DNA of 64,000 nucleotides. It comes from a bacterium. Lineage in GTDB: Bacteria; Patescibacteriota; Minisyncoccia; Phycocordibacterales; CAIZLB01. The stretch lies in contig JBAXAB010000001.1 in NCBI GenBank assembly GCA_037142735.1, forward strand, positions 36,915 through 100,914. Reading direction: 5' to 3'. The translations under genes and the position numbers were made by a program. Shown one piece after another: positions 47,890 through 58,617 of this stretch. The notes under the pieces were generated by a model that had not been told where the DNA came from, ran no database searches, and saw only the letters and a list, made by a program, of their open reading frames with translations. Numbering within the stretch: position 1 is the stretch's first letter; every line of letters starts with the position of its first letter.

Positions 47890-49768
47890 TTAATTTATCT
47901 GTTAACAACTGTGCTAATTGATCCTGATCTTTAGCTTTTATGTATATATCATACCATAGTGAAAGCATGAGGAGAACAAAAATTCGACGTGAAGTATCCA
48001 CAGCACCACTGGCGTGATCATCAAAAAGCTTTGTGACTACTGATACATTAAAATCACTCTTTATAAGTTCATTATTTAATACATAACGACGAATAGCTGA
48101 CGGGTTTGCCTTAAGCCAATGTTTAATTGGAGTTGGAAATCCAAGTTTTTTACGTCCTGCAGTCGTTTGAGGCAAAATATTTTTGAAGGCTTGACGTAAT
48201 GCATATTTTGTTGTTCCAGCGTAATATTTTAAGCTGTCTGGAATAGTGGACGAAACTCTGTAAACTTCCATATCAAGGAATGGTACACGTGCCTCCAATG
48301 AATGCGCCATGGTCATTTTGTCTGCCTTGGCCAAAATATCTCCTGGCAACCAATAATTAATATCTACCATTTGCATCTTTTTAGAGTCAGAAAGGCCTGT
48401 GAGTTTTCCATAAAAACTTGACAGGAGAGGGGCGCTTTTCACTTCTCCACTTCCCTCTTTTAATATTGAGAGAACTTCATTTTCAGAAAAAACTCGGGCA
48501 TTTCCAATATATCTTTCTTCAATTGGTAGTAAAACTCGGCGTAAATAATTTTTTCCAAAGAAGTTAAAGGGCAACTTTGTACATAGTCTTATTAGAAACT
48601 TTGGGACCCAAGAAATTGCTTTGAGTGCAAACGGTTCTCGATAAATATTATAGCCTCCAAATAATTCATCAGAGCCCTCGCCCGACAGAACAACTTTCAC
48701 TTTTTTAGAAGCCTCACGAGCTAAAAAATATAATGCGACCGCCGATGGATCAGCGACAGGCTGATCGAAGTGCCATGCGATCTTGGGCAAGTTTTTTAAA
48801 TACTCATCAAAATTAATTTTTATTTCTGTATGGTTGGTTCCTAATATATCAGAAACTTCACGTGCCTCACTGTGCTCGCTAACTTCGTTAAAACCAATTG
48901 TAAAAGTTTGTACTGGATCTAATCCATTCGCCGTGCGAATCTGTTGCATTAACGTCACAATGATCGCACTATCAATACCACCTGACAGAAAGGCTCCTAC
49001 AGGAACATCACTGATCATGTGATGTTCGACTGAATCCTTCATAACGTCAAAGATCTTTTTTTGATAATCATCTGCATCCGAATCTTTATTAAATGTGTAT
49101 TCCCAATATTTTTTTATTTCAAAAGATTTGTTGTTAAGATCCACAGTCATTGTGTGCCCAGGTAGTAATGTATAAATATCTTTAAATAATGTTTCTTCAA
49201 GTGGGTTATATTGAAACTCTAAATACAAAGGCAAAACTTTCCTATTTAACTCAATCTTGTATCGATCATCCTTCAATAAAGCTTTTATTTCTGAAGCGTA
49301 AGAAGCGATCTTGCCTACAGAATCTACACGATAGTAAAGTGGCTTGATCCCAAATTGATCCCGAGCAATAAATAAAGTATTTTTCTTTCTATCAAAGATT
49401 GAAAACCCAAACATTCCGCGTAATTTGTCCACCATTTTTTTTCCATACTCTTCATACAAATGCACTAAGGTTTCAGTGTCACTTTCAGTTTTAAAAATGT
49501 GCCCCTTCCCTTTCAGATCAATAGACAATTCTTTATAATTATAAATCTCGCCGTTAAAAACAATCGTGATTGTCCCGTCTTCATTCGAAATCGGCTGGTG
49601 ACCACGACTCAGATCAATAATTGACAAGCGGCGCATGCCAAACGCAAATAAATTTTCAATCAAAAATCCGTCATCGTCGGGCCCTCGATGAGTGATTTCA
49701 CCCACCATCGACTTGATAGCTTTTTCATTTATATCTTTACCCGCAATAATACCAGCAATTCCACACAT
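47879..49768 (-). CDS. asnB: Asparagine synthase (glutamine-hydrolysing) / amidotransferase
   Basis: MCGIAG, HRGPD, RRLSIID, FNGEIYN, FLSGGIDS, LSGEGSDELFGGY. Confidence 0.95.
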   Translation of the reverse strand: MCGIAGIIAGKDINEKAIKSMVGEITHRGPDDDGFLIENLFAFGMRRLSIIDLSRGHQPISNEDGTITIVFNGEIYNYKELSIDLKGKGHIFKTESDTETLVHLYEEYGKKMVDKLRGMFGFSIFDRKKNTLFIARDQFGIKPLYYRVDSVGKIASYASEIKALLKDDRYKIELNRKVLPLYLEFQYNPLEETLFKDIYTLLPGHTMTVDLNNKSFEIKKYWEYTFNKDSDADDYQKKIFDVMKDSVEHHMISDVPVGAFLSGGIDSAIIVTLMQQIRTANGLDPVQTFTIGFNEVSEHSEAREVSDILGTNHTEIKINFDEYLKNLPKIAWHFDQPVADPSAVALYFLAREASKKVKVVLSGEGSDELFGGYNIYREPFALKAISWVPKFLIRLCTKLPFNFFGKNYLRRVLLPIEERYIGNARVFSENEVLSILKEGSGEVKSAPLLSSFYGKLTGLSDSKKMQMVDINYWLPGDILAKADKMTMAHSLEARVPFLDMEVYRVSSTIPDSLKYYAGTTKYALRQAFKNILPQTTAGRKKLGFPTPIKHWLKANPSAIRRYVLNNELIKSDFNVSVVTKLFDDHASGAVDTSRRIFVLLMLSLWYDIYIKAKDQDQLAQLLTDKLNEA

Positions 49769-49778
49769 GTTTTTATAA

Positions 49779-51095
49779 TTATATTTTAGGCCAGTATAAC
49801 ATAGGGTCTAAATAGGCATCGATTGGTGATACTGGCATAGTTAAATTTTTACCAGGACATGAGGCACTGGGTCTGGTCATAACATTCACTGCTGTTGAGA
49901 CGTAGGCACTTATATGAACATGTGGCCCTGTACTATAGCCTGTATTACCACTGTATCCGATGACTTGCCCTGCCTGAACACTATCCCCTGTTTTCACCCC
50001 AATGACCGACAAGTGCCCGTAAGTAGCCGCCAACCCATTATTAAACTTTATAAGTATCCATCGTCCAAATGACACTCTCCTACAATCCAAATCGGTATCT
50101 CCCGCACCTGCAACTACTCCACTGGCCAGAGCCTTGACCGGGGTTCCAATCGGCACCCCAAAGTCTACTCCATTATGAGAACCAGACACATATAATTTTT
50201 TAGCTCCTACTGTTCTTCCGAAATATTGCGTAATACGCACATCATCAACTGGCCAGCCGAGTGGAGAACTTCCTGGAACTGGTAACGCATTCGGGTCAGC
50301 ATTAAATTTTAATTTAGATTCGTAGAGGAAGACTTCTTGTTCGAAGGCATTTTTTTGAGCAGTTCGATCTGCGACCAATGTTTGATATGTTTTTTCCTGA
50401 GACTTAGTGTCAACTAGAATTTTTTGTTGCTCAGTTTTTGTATATTCAACCACTTTCTTTTTCCCATCTAATTGGGTTTTTAAATCCGCCAATTCTTTCT
50501 TTGTTTTTTCTACTGCAGTTTTATTATCCTCAAGTTTCTTTTTTTCATTAAGAATGGAGGTGACTTTATCTTTAATGCTGTTGTTAAATTGGGCTTGATC
50601 ATCGAGCCGACCAAAAAAATCAGAAAAACTTTTATCGTTCAATAATGTTACTACCACATGGAAATTATCGTTTTGAGAGATTTCACGCAAACTTTTTTCT
50701 AACCCGTCTTGAAGAATACTGATCTTGCTTTTAGAATCAGTAATCTTTGAGTTGAGTTGTTTAATACTGAGATTGGTAGCATCGATTTGAGTTTGAATTT
50801 TTTTAGTTTCTAGCGTAAGCTTTTGACGATCCTTTTCAAGCGAATTAATAACTTGTTTTAATGTTGACGATTGTTGATTAGCCTCCGAAGCCAGACTTTG
50901 ATATTTCGCAATTTCAACATTTAAGGCTTGAATTTTCTGATTCTTGTCATCAATTTGTTTCTGTAGATCAGCCACATTCACATCTGCATTGGCAGATTTA
51001 CCTAAAACTGTAAGGCCGACCAAAACAAAAATCGCCAAGGCCGAACCTAGGAGATGTATACCTTTTTTACATGTAGATGAATTATTCGTTTTCAT
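49779..51095 (-). CDS. Coiled-coil plus M23 peptidase domain protein
   Basis: Signal/TM, long coiled coil, HNGVDF, YGHLS, GYSTGPHVH. Confidence 0.92.
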   Translation of the reverse strand: MKTNNSSTCKKGIHLLGSALAIFVLVGLTVLGKSANADVNVADLQKQIDDKNQKIQALNVEIAKYQSLASEANQQSSTLKQVINSLEKDRQKLTLETKKIQTQIDATNLSIKQLNSKITDSKSKISILQDGLEKSLREISQNDNFHVVVTLLNDKSFSDFFGRLDDQAQFNNSIKDKVTSILNEKKKLEDNKTAVEKTKKELADLKTQLDGKKKVVEYTKTEQQKILVDTKSQEKTYQTLVADRTAQKNAFEQEVFLYESKLKFNADPNALPVPGSSPLGWPVDDVRITQYFGRTVGAKKLYVSGSHNGVDFGVPIGTPVKALASGVVAGAGDTDLDCRRVSFGRWILIKFNNGLAATYGHLSVIGVKTGDSVQAGQVIGYSGNTGYSTGPHVHISAYVSTAVNVMTRPSASCPGKNLTMPVSPIDAYLDPMLYWPKI

Positions 51096-52212
51096 GAGAA
51101 AGTCCTATTTTAAGAAGCTCTCTCGCTATCACATTAGATGCATTTTTCTGGGCAGTTTTTTGGGTCGCGTGTCTCATTCTTTCATTTACAGTGGCATTTG
51201 AAATAATACGATCAATTTCATTACAAATAATATTTGAACTAAGATTTGACTCTTCAATGACTACTGCCGCTCCATCTCGTGCATAATTGTACGCGTTCTT
51301 TCTCTGATGATCACCGTTTGAATTAGTAATCGGCACAATAATAGAAGGTAACCCCCAACATGCAATCTCAAAAATACTTGATCCTCCTCGTGATATGACC
51401 AATGAAGCACTTCCTGCGGACATTCTAAGAGCAATAGTAGTGAGGTAGTCAAATGGTCGATAACGATCCTTATGAGGATGGCCTTCGAGGGCGACGTTAG
51501 CGATTCCCTTCACACTCGTGATGTTGGATCGGCCCACCTGGTGAATTATCTGATATTTATTTAACAATACAGGTAATGAGTTTAAAATAGCATCGTTGAT
51601 AATCTGAGCACCTGATGAACCACCTAAGATTAAAATAACCGGTACGTCTTTTTCTAAGTTTAAATATTCAAAAGCACCAGTGCTTAAAACATCACGAATT
51701 TCTCGACGAACTGGCTGGCCTGTATACGCCACTTTATCCTTTGGAAAAAATTCTCCGGCTTCCTTGTATGAGACTGCGATTCTGGCTGCAAACTTACCAG
51801 CCCATGCATTCACACGGCCTGGCACGCTGTCGGATTCGTGAATAAACACAGGTATACCTAAAATTCTAGCTGCCAAATATGCCGGAAAACTTGTATATGC
51901 ACCTTTTCCAAAGACTACATCTGGAAAAATAAAAAACATTTTAACTAATCCAACCAAACATCCCCAGGCCATTTTGAACTTATCAAAGAAATTCAACACT
52001 GACTTGTATAGACGTTTTTTTCCTGCCGGCACATCAACGAACTTAATATCCAGGTCAAACAGTTCCTTTTCGTTATAAGGGTTATTCGACATGAAATAAA
52101 CCTGTGGTTCTAGGATTTTCTCCTCCCTGGAAATTTCACGAATAGATTCTGCCACTGCAATTAAAGGGTAAAAATGCCCTCCACTTCCCCCACCTGTCAT
52201 CAAGATTTTCAT
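51082..52212 (-). CDS. murG: Lipid II GlcNAc transferase MurG
   Basis: GGGSGGHFYP, HESDSVPGRVN, GQPVR, LGGSSGA, HQRKNA. Confidence 0.96.
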   Translation of the reverse strand: MKILMTGGGSGGHFYPLIAVAESIREISREEKILEPQVYFMSNNPYNEKELFDLDIKFVDVPAGKKRLYKSVLNFFDKFKMAWGCLVGLVKMFFIFPDVVFGKGAYTSFPAYLAARILGIPVFIHESDSVPGRVNAWAGKFAARIAVSYKEAGEFFPKDKVAYTGQPVRREIRDVLSTGAFEYLNLEKDVPVILILGGSSGAQIINDAILNSLPVLLNKYQIIHQVGRSNITSVKGIANVALEGHPHKDRYRPFDYLTTIALRMSAGSASLVISRGGSSIFEIACWGLPSIIVPITNSNGDHQRKNAYNYARDGAAVVIEESNLSSNIICNEIDRIISNATVNERMRHATQKTAQKNASNVIARELLKIGLSHENE

Positions 52213-52219
52213 GCTTGTA

Positions 52220-53329
52220 TTATACTATTTTCTTTTGAAACCTCGAAATGTTAATAACTATACCCACTGAGGCTAAAGCAAAGAATAGCGCCGTGCCACC
52301 ATGGCTGATAAATAACAATGGGGTACCGGAGAGTGGAATAATTGCCAACATGGCCGCAATATTCAAAAAAGATTGTAGCGAAATAAGCACAATAATACCT
52401 ATGGCTAAAATTGAACCGTATGTTTCCGTGGATCGAATGGCCACCCTAAAACCTTGAAACGTAAACATGAGATACAACATAATAATAGCAAGCGAGCCGA
52501 CGAAACCGAATTCTTCAGAAGCCACTGCAAAAATTGAATCACCAATTGGCTCTGGTAAGAAGTTGAATTTCTGAACACTTTGACCAAAGCCTCGACCAAA
52601 CACACCACCTGACCCAATCGCAATGAGAGACTGTTCAATTTGATAACTACTCCCTCTTGGATCTTTAGATGGATCAATAAAAGTTTTGACTCGTTGCATC
52701 AAATATGGGCGCATAAAAACTAAACAGATCAAACCAACCACACCTGCGAGGCCAATAAGCATAACATGTTTCCACCTTCCCCCCGCAGAAATAAACATGG
52801 CTGTTCCTGCTACTGCAACCACAATAAATGTATCGGTATCAGGCTGCATCAATATAAGACCAGCTGAAATTCCCAACATCACCAAAAATGGCAAGGTTCC
52901 GTATTTAAATGTATTAACTTTATTTTTAGTTGCAGTGAGGAGAGTCGCCAAATACATCACGAAACCTAATTTATAAAATTCAGCTGGTTGAAATGTAAAA
53001 GAACCGATTGAGACCCAACGCCTTGCTCCTCCATGGTAAAAACCAAGACCTGGAATAAACACGGCTAACATTGCCAGGAATGAAAACAAAAAGATCCAAA
53101 ACGACAATTTTCTCCACCAGCTGAAATGAACAACGGACATTGCAAGGCAAGCTACTACACCTGCCCCCAGACCAAACACCAACTGATTAAACATCACAGA
53201 ATAATATTTTACTTCTCCTTTATCGGTATTAGCCAAAAGCCCACTCGACGCAGACAGAAAAATAAAAACTCCAAAAATGACGAGGACAAGAACAATGATA
53301 AGAAAAGGTCTATCAGCTTTTTTCTGCAT
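52220..53329 (-). CDS. ftsW: SEDS peptidoglycan polymerase FtsW
   Basis: GARRW, FQPAEFYK, QPD, YQIEQSLIAIGSGG, LFISHGGT; adjacent to murG. Confidence 0.93.
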   Translation of the reverse strand: MQKKADRPFLIIVLVLVIFGVFIFLSASSGLLANTDKGEVKYYSVMFNQLVFGLGAGVVACLAMSVVHFSWWRKLSFWIFLFSFLAMLAVFIPGLGFYHGGARRWVSIGSFTFQPAEFYKLGFVMYLATLLTATKNKVNTFKYGTLPFLVMLGISAGLILMQPDTDTFIVVAVAGTAMFISAGGRWKHVMLIGLAGVVGLICLVFMRPYLMQRVKTFIDPSKDPRGSSYQIEQSLIAIGSGGVFGRGFGQSVQKFNFLPEPIGDSIFAVASEEFGFVGSLAIIMLYLMFTFQGFRVAIRSTETYGSILAIGIIVLISLQSFLNIAAMLAIIPLSGTPLLFISHGGTALFFALASVGIVINISRFQKKIV

Positions 53330-53349
53330 GTAGATATACTATATCAAAA

Positions 53350-53847
53350 TTATTTATGAACTGAAATAAATGGAAATTCAATAATCTGATGTCTACTCTC
53401 TAAACCAGAGGGATTCTCGGCTGAAATAGATAATTTCATTTTTGTATCACTAGGAGCGTTCAAACCCATATCATCTACAACAAAGGAAAAGTTTGTAGTA
53501 GTACTCGCCCAATCAGTAACATGGATTATGTCTTTATTCACAGCTTCCCAAGTTCCAGTATTGTTTAAAAATAAGAGCTGCCAAGTTCCCGCCTGACCTT
53601 CAAACATTGTCCACGAACAGCCTTTATTTGAATTATCAACTACCCCTGAAATAGTGACAGGCAGACTGACTTGGTCATTTGGTTTAAGAGAAGTAATCTT
53701 GAATGCTTCACATTTTGGCACCTCTACAGTAGTAACTTTTACTGGAGCTTCTTTAAACTTTTGTACATATATATAGACCACCAATAAAACAATGACTATG
53801 ATTAAAAATGGAACAATAAAACCACCTTGATGTTTTTTCATATGCAC
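53350..53847 (-). CDS. Membrane-anchored protein with pilin-like leader and Ig-like (Gmad2-like) domain
   Basis: KKHQGG|FIVPFLII; ISLPVTISG-like segment, FEGQAG, AENPSG. Confidence 0.65.
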   Translation of the reverse strand: MHMKKHQGGFIVPFLIIVIVLLVVYIYVQKFKEAPVKVTTVEVPKCEAFKITSLKPNDQVSLPVTISGVVDNSNKGCSWTMFEGQAGTWQLLFLNNTGTWEAVNKDIIHVTDWASTTTNFSFVVDDMGLNAPSDTKMKLSISAENPSGLESRHQIIEFPFISVHK

Positions 53848-53865
53848 AAAATTATATCACAAACC

Positions 53866-54930
53866 CTAGCTGATAAGCGCGACAACGGCCCCTAAAAGTC
53901 CACAAATAATCGAGATGACCCAATAACGCATAGTAACTTTATGCGAAGGCCAGCCCATCGCCTCAAAATGATGATGAAGTGGGGCTATTTTGAAAACTTT
54001 TTTACCAAAATATTTTTTAGAAATAAGCTGAATTGTTGATGACAGAGACGTGACCACTAGAGGGAAAGCTACGATCGGCAACACCAACACTTCTTTAGTT
54101 AGGAAAGCAACAACAGCAAGCGTCACTGTAATACCGATCATTCCGGTCTCCCCCAAATAAAATCTAGCCGGTGGAATATTAAACCAAAGGAAGGCCAAAA
54201 TACCCCCGGCGACTACCGCACAAAAAGCCGCGAGGTCAATTTGATGATTTCCAAAAGCGATCACTGCATATGATACAAACGCCGAAGCCATGACACCTGC
54301 AGCCAATCCATCAATTCCATCAATGACTGAACCCGAGAAAGTCCCAAGCACGACTAATATGAAAAAAGGTACAAACCACAGTCCAAGTGCTAAATCCCCA
54401 TCAAAAGGAATGTGAATTGAGAGGTTGCCAAGTTTAAAATAAAACCACCAAGCACCGACCGCCCCGATTAAAATAACCATAAGCGTACGCATTGTGCGAG
54501 AAATACCATCACTCATTTTTAGATCTTTTCCATAAATCTGTAAAAAGTCGTCAACTAATCCCATTAGTGATGCAAAGAGTAAAATAGCTAAAGGTAAAAT
54601 TGTTTGGTTACGACTCAAGAAATTTAATTTTTCTGCCATTGGGCCCGGAAAAATATATGGCAATACGGACACTAACACGCTGACAATGGCGACTGACAAC
54701 CATACAACTACACCCCCGACTCGCGGGGTCGATGTCTCCCCTTTCTCGTTGTGGATTTTAATAAAAGCAGGAGACATAGCTTCGGTATTTTCATGACTAC
54801 GAGACGCCTTTCTCCACATCTTATACTTGTACATGTATCTAGCTAAAATAGGTGTGATCAAAATCCCAACCATAAAGGTCAAGAATGACGGGAAGATTAT
54901 TTTGATAACATCGATGATTAAGTCGCTCAT
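53866..54930 (-). CDS. mraY: Phospho-MurNAc-pentapeptide transferase MraY
   Basis: TPRVGG, GLVDD, DGIDGLA, FLWFNIPPARFYLGETG, APLHHHFE. Confidence 0.96.
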   Translation of the reverse strand: MSDLIIDVIKIIFPSFLTFMVGILITPILARYMYKYKMWRKASRSHENTEAMSPAFIKIHNEKGETSTPRVGGVVVWLSVAIVSVLVSVLPYIFPGPMAEKLNFLSRNQTILPLAILLFASLMGLVDDFLQIYGKDLKMSDGISRTMRTLMVILIGAVGAWWFYFKLGNLSIHIPFDGDLALGLWFVPFFILVVLGTFSGSVIDGIDGLAAGVMASAFVSYAVIAFGNHQIDLAAFCAVVAGGILAFLWFNIPPARFYLGETGMIGITVTLAVVAFLTKEVLVLPIVAFPLVVTSLSSTIQLISKKYFGKKVFKIAPLHHHFEAMGWPSHKVTMRYWVISIICGLLGAVVALIS

Positions 54931-54935
54931 GTTTT

Positions 54936-55535
54936 TTAATTTTGTGAAGAAAGATTATTATTGGCCCCCTGCTCTTTTTGCTCCTTAAAATTTTGTAATT
55001 CTATTTGAACTTTTTCAAAGTCTGGTAACTTGCTTAATTCAGACACGCCCAAATGGGCAAGAAGATCAAATGAGGCTGAGTACAAAAATGTACGCGAGTC
55101 CTTCGGATCAGATTTTTTTTCAATTAATCCCCGGACAAGAAGATTTCTAATGATAAAGGATGAATTAACTCCTCGTATATAATCAACATCGCTGCGACGA
55201 ATTGGGCCTTTATACAGAATAATAGACAATGTTTCAAGAGAAGCCTTACCAAGTTCAGCAGACTCTTCTTCCATGCTGATTTTTTTAATAAGTTCTGATG
55301 ATTCTGGGCTTGTAGCCAAGAAAACTTCCATATTTTCAGGTTTTGTGTCCCCAGAATTTTTTATGAGCACGATTCCCCTGTTTTCTAAACTTTTTTCAAG
55401 TACTGGAATATGCTCAATTATCACATCAGTTGCCACAGAAAGCATTCGTGATAATTCCTTAACAGACACAGGGGCAGATTTCCAAAAAAGTATGGATTCG
55501 ATTTGTTGTTCAATTTTATGGGTATGCTGTTCCAT
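54936..55535 (-). CDS. scpB: SMC-Scp complex subunit ScpB
   Basis: IESILF, LETLSIILYKGP..RSDVDYIRGVNS. Confidence 0.95.
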   Translation of the reverse strand: MEQHTHKIEQQIESILFWKSAPVSVKELSRMLSVATDVIIEHIPVLEKSLENRGIVLIKNSGDTKPENMEVFLATSPESSELIKKISMEEESAELGKASLETLSIILYKGPIRRSDVDYIRGVNSSFIIRNLLVRGLIEKKSDPKDSRTFLYSASFDLLAHLGVSELSKLPDFEKVQIELQNFKEQKEQGANNNLSSQN

Positions 55536-55539
55536 TGAT

Positions 55540-56283
55540 TTACATGTAGTGAGGTGTGCCTATACTATAACTTTCCATTTCAATTTCATCAAACAAACCA
55601 TTTTGACGTGCGTCGACTGTTCCCTGCTTTACCAGTTCAAGAAGGGCCAGGAAGCTGACGATCACATTCACTTTTTCTGCACGACCTTTATTACTAAAAT
55701 CAGAGAATGACATTTTAATAGCAGATTTAATACGAACTGTAAGATTGTCCATCATTTCCTCTAAGCTGATCACTTTTTGTACTTTAACTTTAGGTAATGC
55801 GGCCTCTGTTTTAGGAAGATTATTCAAGACCCTTCCCATTGCGTCTGTTAGGCCCTGCAAAGTCGCATCGGTTCCTGGATTAAAAAAGATCTCTCGTTGT
55901 GGACTATTTTCTTGGAAAAATAAGACCTTTCGTCCAAAAAGTTTTCTAACTTCTAATGATTGCCGACGCATCACTTCTAATTCCTTGAGGCGCGCTTCCA
56001 AATCCTCAATACTACCCTTTTCGTCTTCAGTCAGTGGCAGGTTTGGTAAAAGAGACTTTGCCTTAATCAGGAGGAGTGTGGATGCGATGAGAATAAATTG
56101 AGTTCGATCATCCATCGAATATTCAGGCAATTGCGAGATGTGATTGATGTATTCGTCAGTGACCGATGCCAATGAAATATCACTAATAAATAATTTACGT
56201 TTTTCCACCAACGACAACAACAAATCCAGAGGTCCTTCGAAGACTTCCGTTTTTATTTTGAATGTTGGCGCGGTGGGCTGCAT
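55540..56283 (-). CDS. scpA: Segregation/condensation protein ScpA
   Basis: FEGPLDLLL, IKAKSLLP, VSFLALLELVK. Confidence 0.96.
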   Translation of the reverse strand: MQPTAPTFKIKTEVFEGPLDLLLSLVEKRKLFISDISLASVTDEYINHISQLPEYSMDDRTQFILIASTLLLIKAKSLLPNLPLTEDEKGSIEDLEARLKELEVMRRQSLEVRKLFGRKVLFFQENSPQREIFFNPGTDATLQGLTDAMGRVLNNLPKTEAALPKVKVQKVISLEEMMDNLTVRIKSAIKMSFSDFSNKGRAEKVNVIVSFLALLELVKQGTVDARQNGLFDEIEMESYSIGTPHYM

Positions 56284-57746
56284 TATTTAGAAGCTTCTGG
56301 TTTTTTAATCATAATACCCAAATCACGTAATTGATCACCAGAAACTGAACTTGGAGCGTTCATCATGAGGTCTCTTCCTTCTCCAGTCTTTGGAAAAGCC
56401 ATAACTTCACGGATATTTGGCTCGTTCTCTAGGATCATCATAAGGCGATCAAATCCCCATGCGATTCCACCATGAGGTGGCGTTCCACTTTTAAATGCGT
56501 GTAACATGTGACCAAAATTATTTTCTACAGTCTCTTTGTCATAACCCATAATTTCAAAGACCTTTAACAATGATTCTGGTTTATGATTTCGAACACTTCC
56601 TCCTCCGATTTCATATCCATTCAATACAATATCGTATTGTGCCGCCAGTAAAGTATTCATGTCTTCAGATCCAGCGCTACTTGCCATCAATTTTTCATTA
56701 AACTCTGGTTTAACTGCTGAAAATGGATTATGGGTAAAAGTCCAATTACTTGTCCCTGCCCCTGTTCCATTCTTACTAGTCCCGTTTGCATTCTTTTCAT
56801 TTTTTTCAAAGAAGGGAAAATCTATTACCCAGCAAAAAGCCAAGAGGTTCAGATCGTTTTTATCCGCCCGTAAGTCTGGTCGATCAATTTTATATTCTGC
56901 CATTGCTTTCGCATATGGAATTCGAGGAAACGGAACTTCTTGAATTTTTTTGTGTGGATAAAGTTCTGCGACAATTTGAATCAGCAATTGTTCGGTAATC
57001 TGCATTATTTCTTCTTCATCTGCAAAACTTAATTCCATATCCAATTGAGTAAACTCGGGCTGACGATCACCTCTTGTGTCTTCATCACGCATACATTTTG
57101 CCATTTGAAAATATCTTTCAATGCCACCCGCCATCAGTAATTGTTTGTACTGCTGTGGTGATTGAGGTAATGCATAAAAACTTCCTACTTCTAAACGAGA
57201 TGGAACAATAAAGTCACGTGCACCTTCTGGCGTCGATTTGGTGAGAAGTGGCGTTTCAACTTCAGTGAAATTGATACCGGCCAAAAAGTTTCGAATATAC
57301 GTAACAACTTTTGCGCGATTGCGAATATTTTTTTGCAGTCTCTCTCCACGCATATCAACGTAACGGTATTTCAAACGAACCTCCTCATTAATTTCGCGAG
57401 TATCAGAATGAATATCAAAAGGTGGAGTCTCTGCTTCATTCAACACGATCATGCTGAGAATTTCCAATTCAATATCGCCATTAAATTTATCTTTTTGAAT
57501 TGCACGTTCAGGTCGAGTATTCACTTTACCCACAACTTCAACTACCCACTCAGAACGTAACGTTGAACCAACCTTATGTGCTTCTGGAGCAGACGGCAAA
57601 ATCACCCCCTGCACCTTCCCTGTCATATCGCGAAAATCAAAAAAGATCATTTTGCCTTGATCACGACGAACATCAATCCAGCCTTTAATCATAACCTCCT
57701 GCCCGGCAGAAGCCTTTAAATCCTTGATAAATACACGTTTTTTCAT
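56283..57746 (-). CDS. aspS: Aspartate--tRNA ligase (compact, lacking the GAD insertion)
   Basis: STPEGARDF, LPQSPQQYKQLLM, RQPEFTQLD, PPHGGIAWGFDR. Confidence 0.96.
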   Translation of the reverse strand: MKKRVFIKDLKASAGQEVMIKGWIDVRRDQGKMIFFDFRDMTGKVQGVILPSAPEAHKVGSTLRSEWVVEVVGKVNTRPERAIQKDKFNGDIELEILSMIVLNEAETPPFDIHSDTREINEEVRLKYRYVDMRGERLQKNIRNRAKVVTYIRNFLAGINFTEVETPLLTKSTPEGARDFIVPSRLEVGSFYALPQSPQQYKQLLMAGGIERYFQMAKCMRDEDTRGDRQPEFTQLDMELSFADEEEIMQITEQLLIQIVAELYPHKKIQEVPFPRIPYAKAMAEYKIDRPDLRADKNDLNLLAFCWVIDFPFFEKNEKNANGTSKNGTGAGTSNWTFTHNPFSAVKPEFNEKLMASSAGSEDMNTLLAAQYDIVLNGYEIGGGSVRNHKPESLLKVFEIMGYDKETVENNFGHMLHAFKSGTPPHGGIAWGFDRLMMILENEPNIREVMAFPKTGEGRDLMMNAPSSVSGDQLRDLGIMIKKPEASK

Positions 57747-57803
57747 GAAGGTTAGTTTAGCAAAAATATGCTTAATTTAAAAGGTTTTGAATTAACACGT
57801 ATA

Positions 57804-57951
57804 TTGACAAATATATATAGATATGGTATCATTAGAAAGTAGACAGATCTTTAAAAGCAGGTCATTGGTAGGTTACAGACAACTTCTTGTTTCTTAAGTA
57901 AGTAGTTGTCTGTAACCTAAGGTTGCGGAAAACAACACACCACCAATACCC
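57804..57951 (+). promoter_or_regulatory. Islet promoter, boxA-like element, perfect 16-bp hairpin and CA-rich leader
   Basis: TTGACA (57804), 17 nt, TATCAT (57827); GATCTTTAAAA 57846-56; stem 57869-84 / 57904-19; AACAACACACCACCAATACCC-ATG. Confidence 0.75.
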
Positions 57952-58428
57952 ATGAAAACACCCCTCAACTTCATCGAAACCCACGCTTACACGCTCGCCA
58001 TCACGATCGGAGGAAGCGTCATCGCCTGCATCCTCATCGGATGCGTGATGCTCCGGCAAGCCTATATCAAGGCGCAAAGTGCAAAGCGCGCCCGCAAGGA
58101 CGAGCTGGACACAGAAACCGCCGTCTGCGCGGAGCTGCGATACCCAATGCTTCGCGACTCTTACCGCAAAGCGGTCAGCACCAGGCGACGGTTCGACACC
58201 AAATCCCCGATCGCCGACGAGATGTACAACCATCTCAGCGACATCCGGTTCGCGTTCTTCGAAGGAGTCGCTCGCCTCATCGGGCGAGGGGCACCACTCT
58301 ACGTAGACAAATTCCCTCGCGGAGTGTGTCACGTGATCTGGAACACGCTCTTCGGTTGGACCATCCTCCTCACCGGCTGGCTTCACCTCGTTGAAGTCGC
58401 CCGGGCGAAGGAGGTCCAAGCGAGCTGA
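57952..58428 (+). CDS. Membrane protein (GC-rich islet)
   Basis: N-terminal TM and C-terminal hydrophobic segment; terminator at about 58452-58500. Confidence 0.75.
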   Translation: MKTPLNFIETHAYTLAITIGGSVIACILIGCVMLRQAYIKAQSAKRARKDELDTETAVCAELRYPMLRDSYRKAVSTRRRFDTKSPIADEMYNHLSDIRFAFFEGVARLIGRGAPLYVDKFPRGVCHVIWNTLFGWTILLTGWLHLVEVARAKEVQAS

Positions 58429-58617
58429 GAGCAGATCGTCCTGGAAAACCCAAAGCCGTCAGGCGCAAGTACCCACTCTTGCCCTGGCGGTTTTCCTTTT
58501 GTATACATAATTTATTTTAAGTGACAGCATTTTAAAAACGAACACCCGGCCCTTCGTGAGAAATGCCGGGTGGTGTGAGTTTGATGGACGCTTGTGAAGC
58601 TGCCGGTCGCCGCCGAG

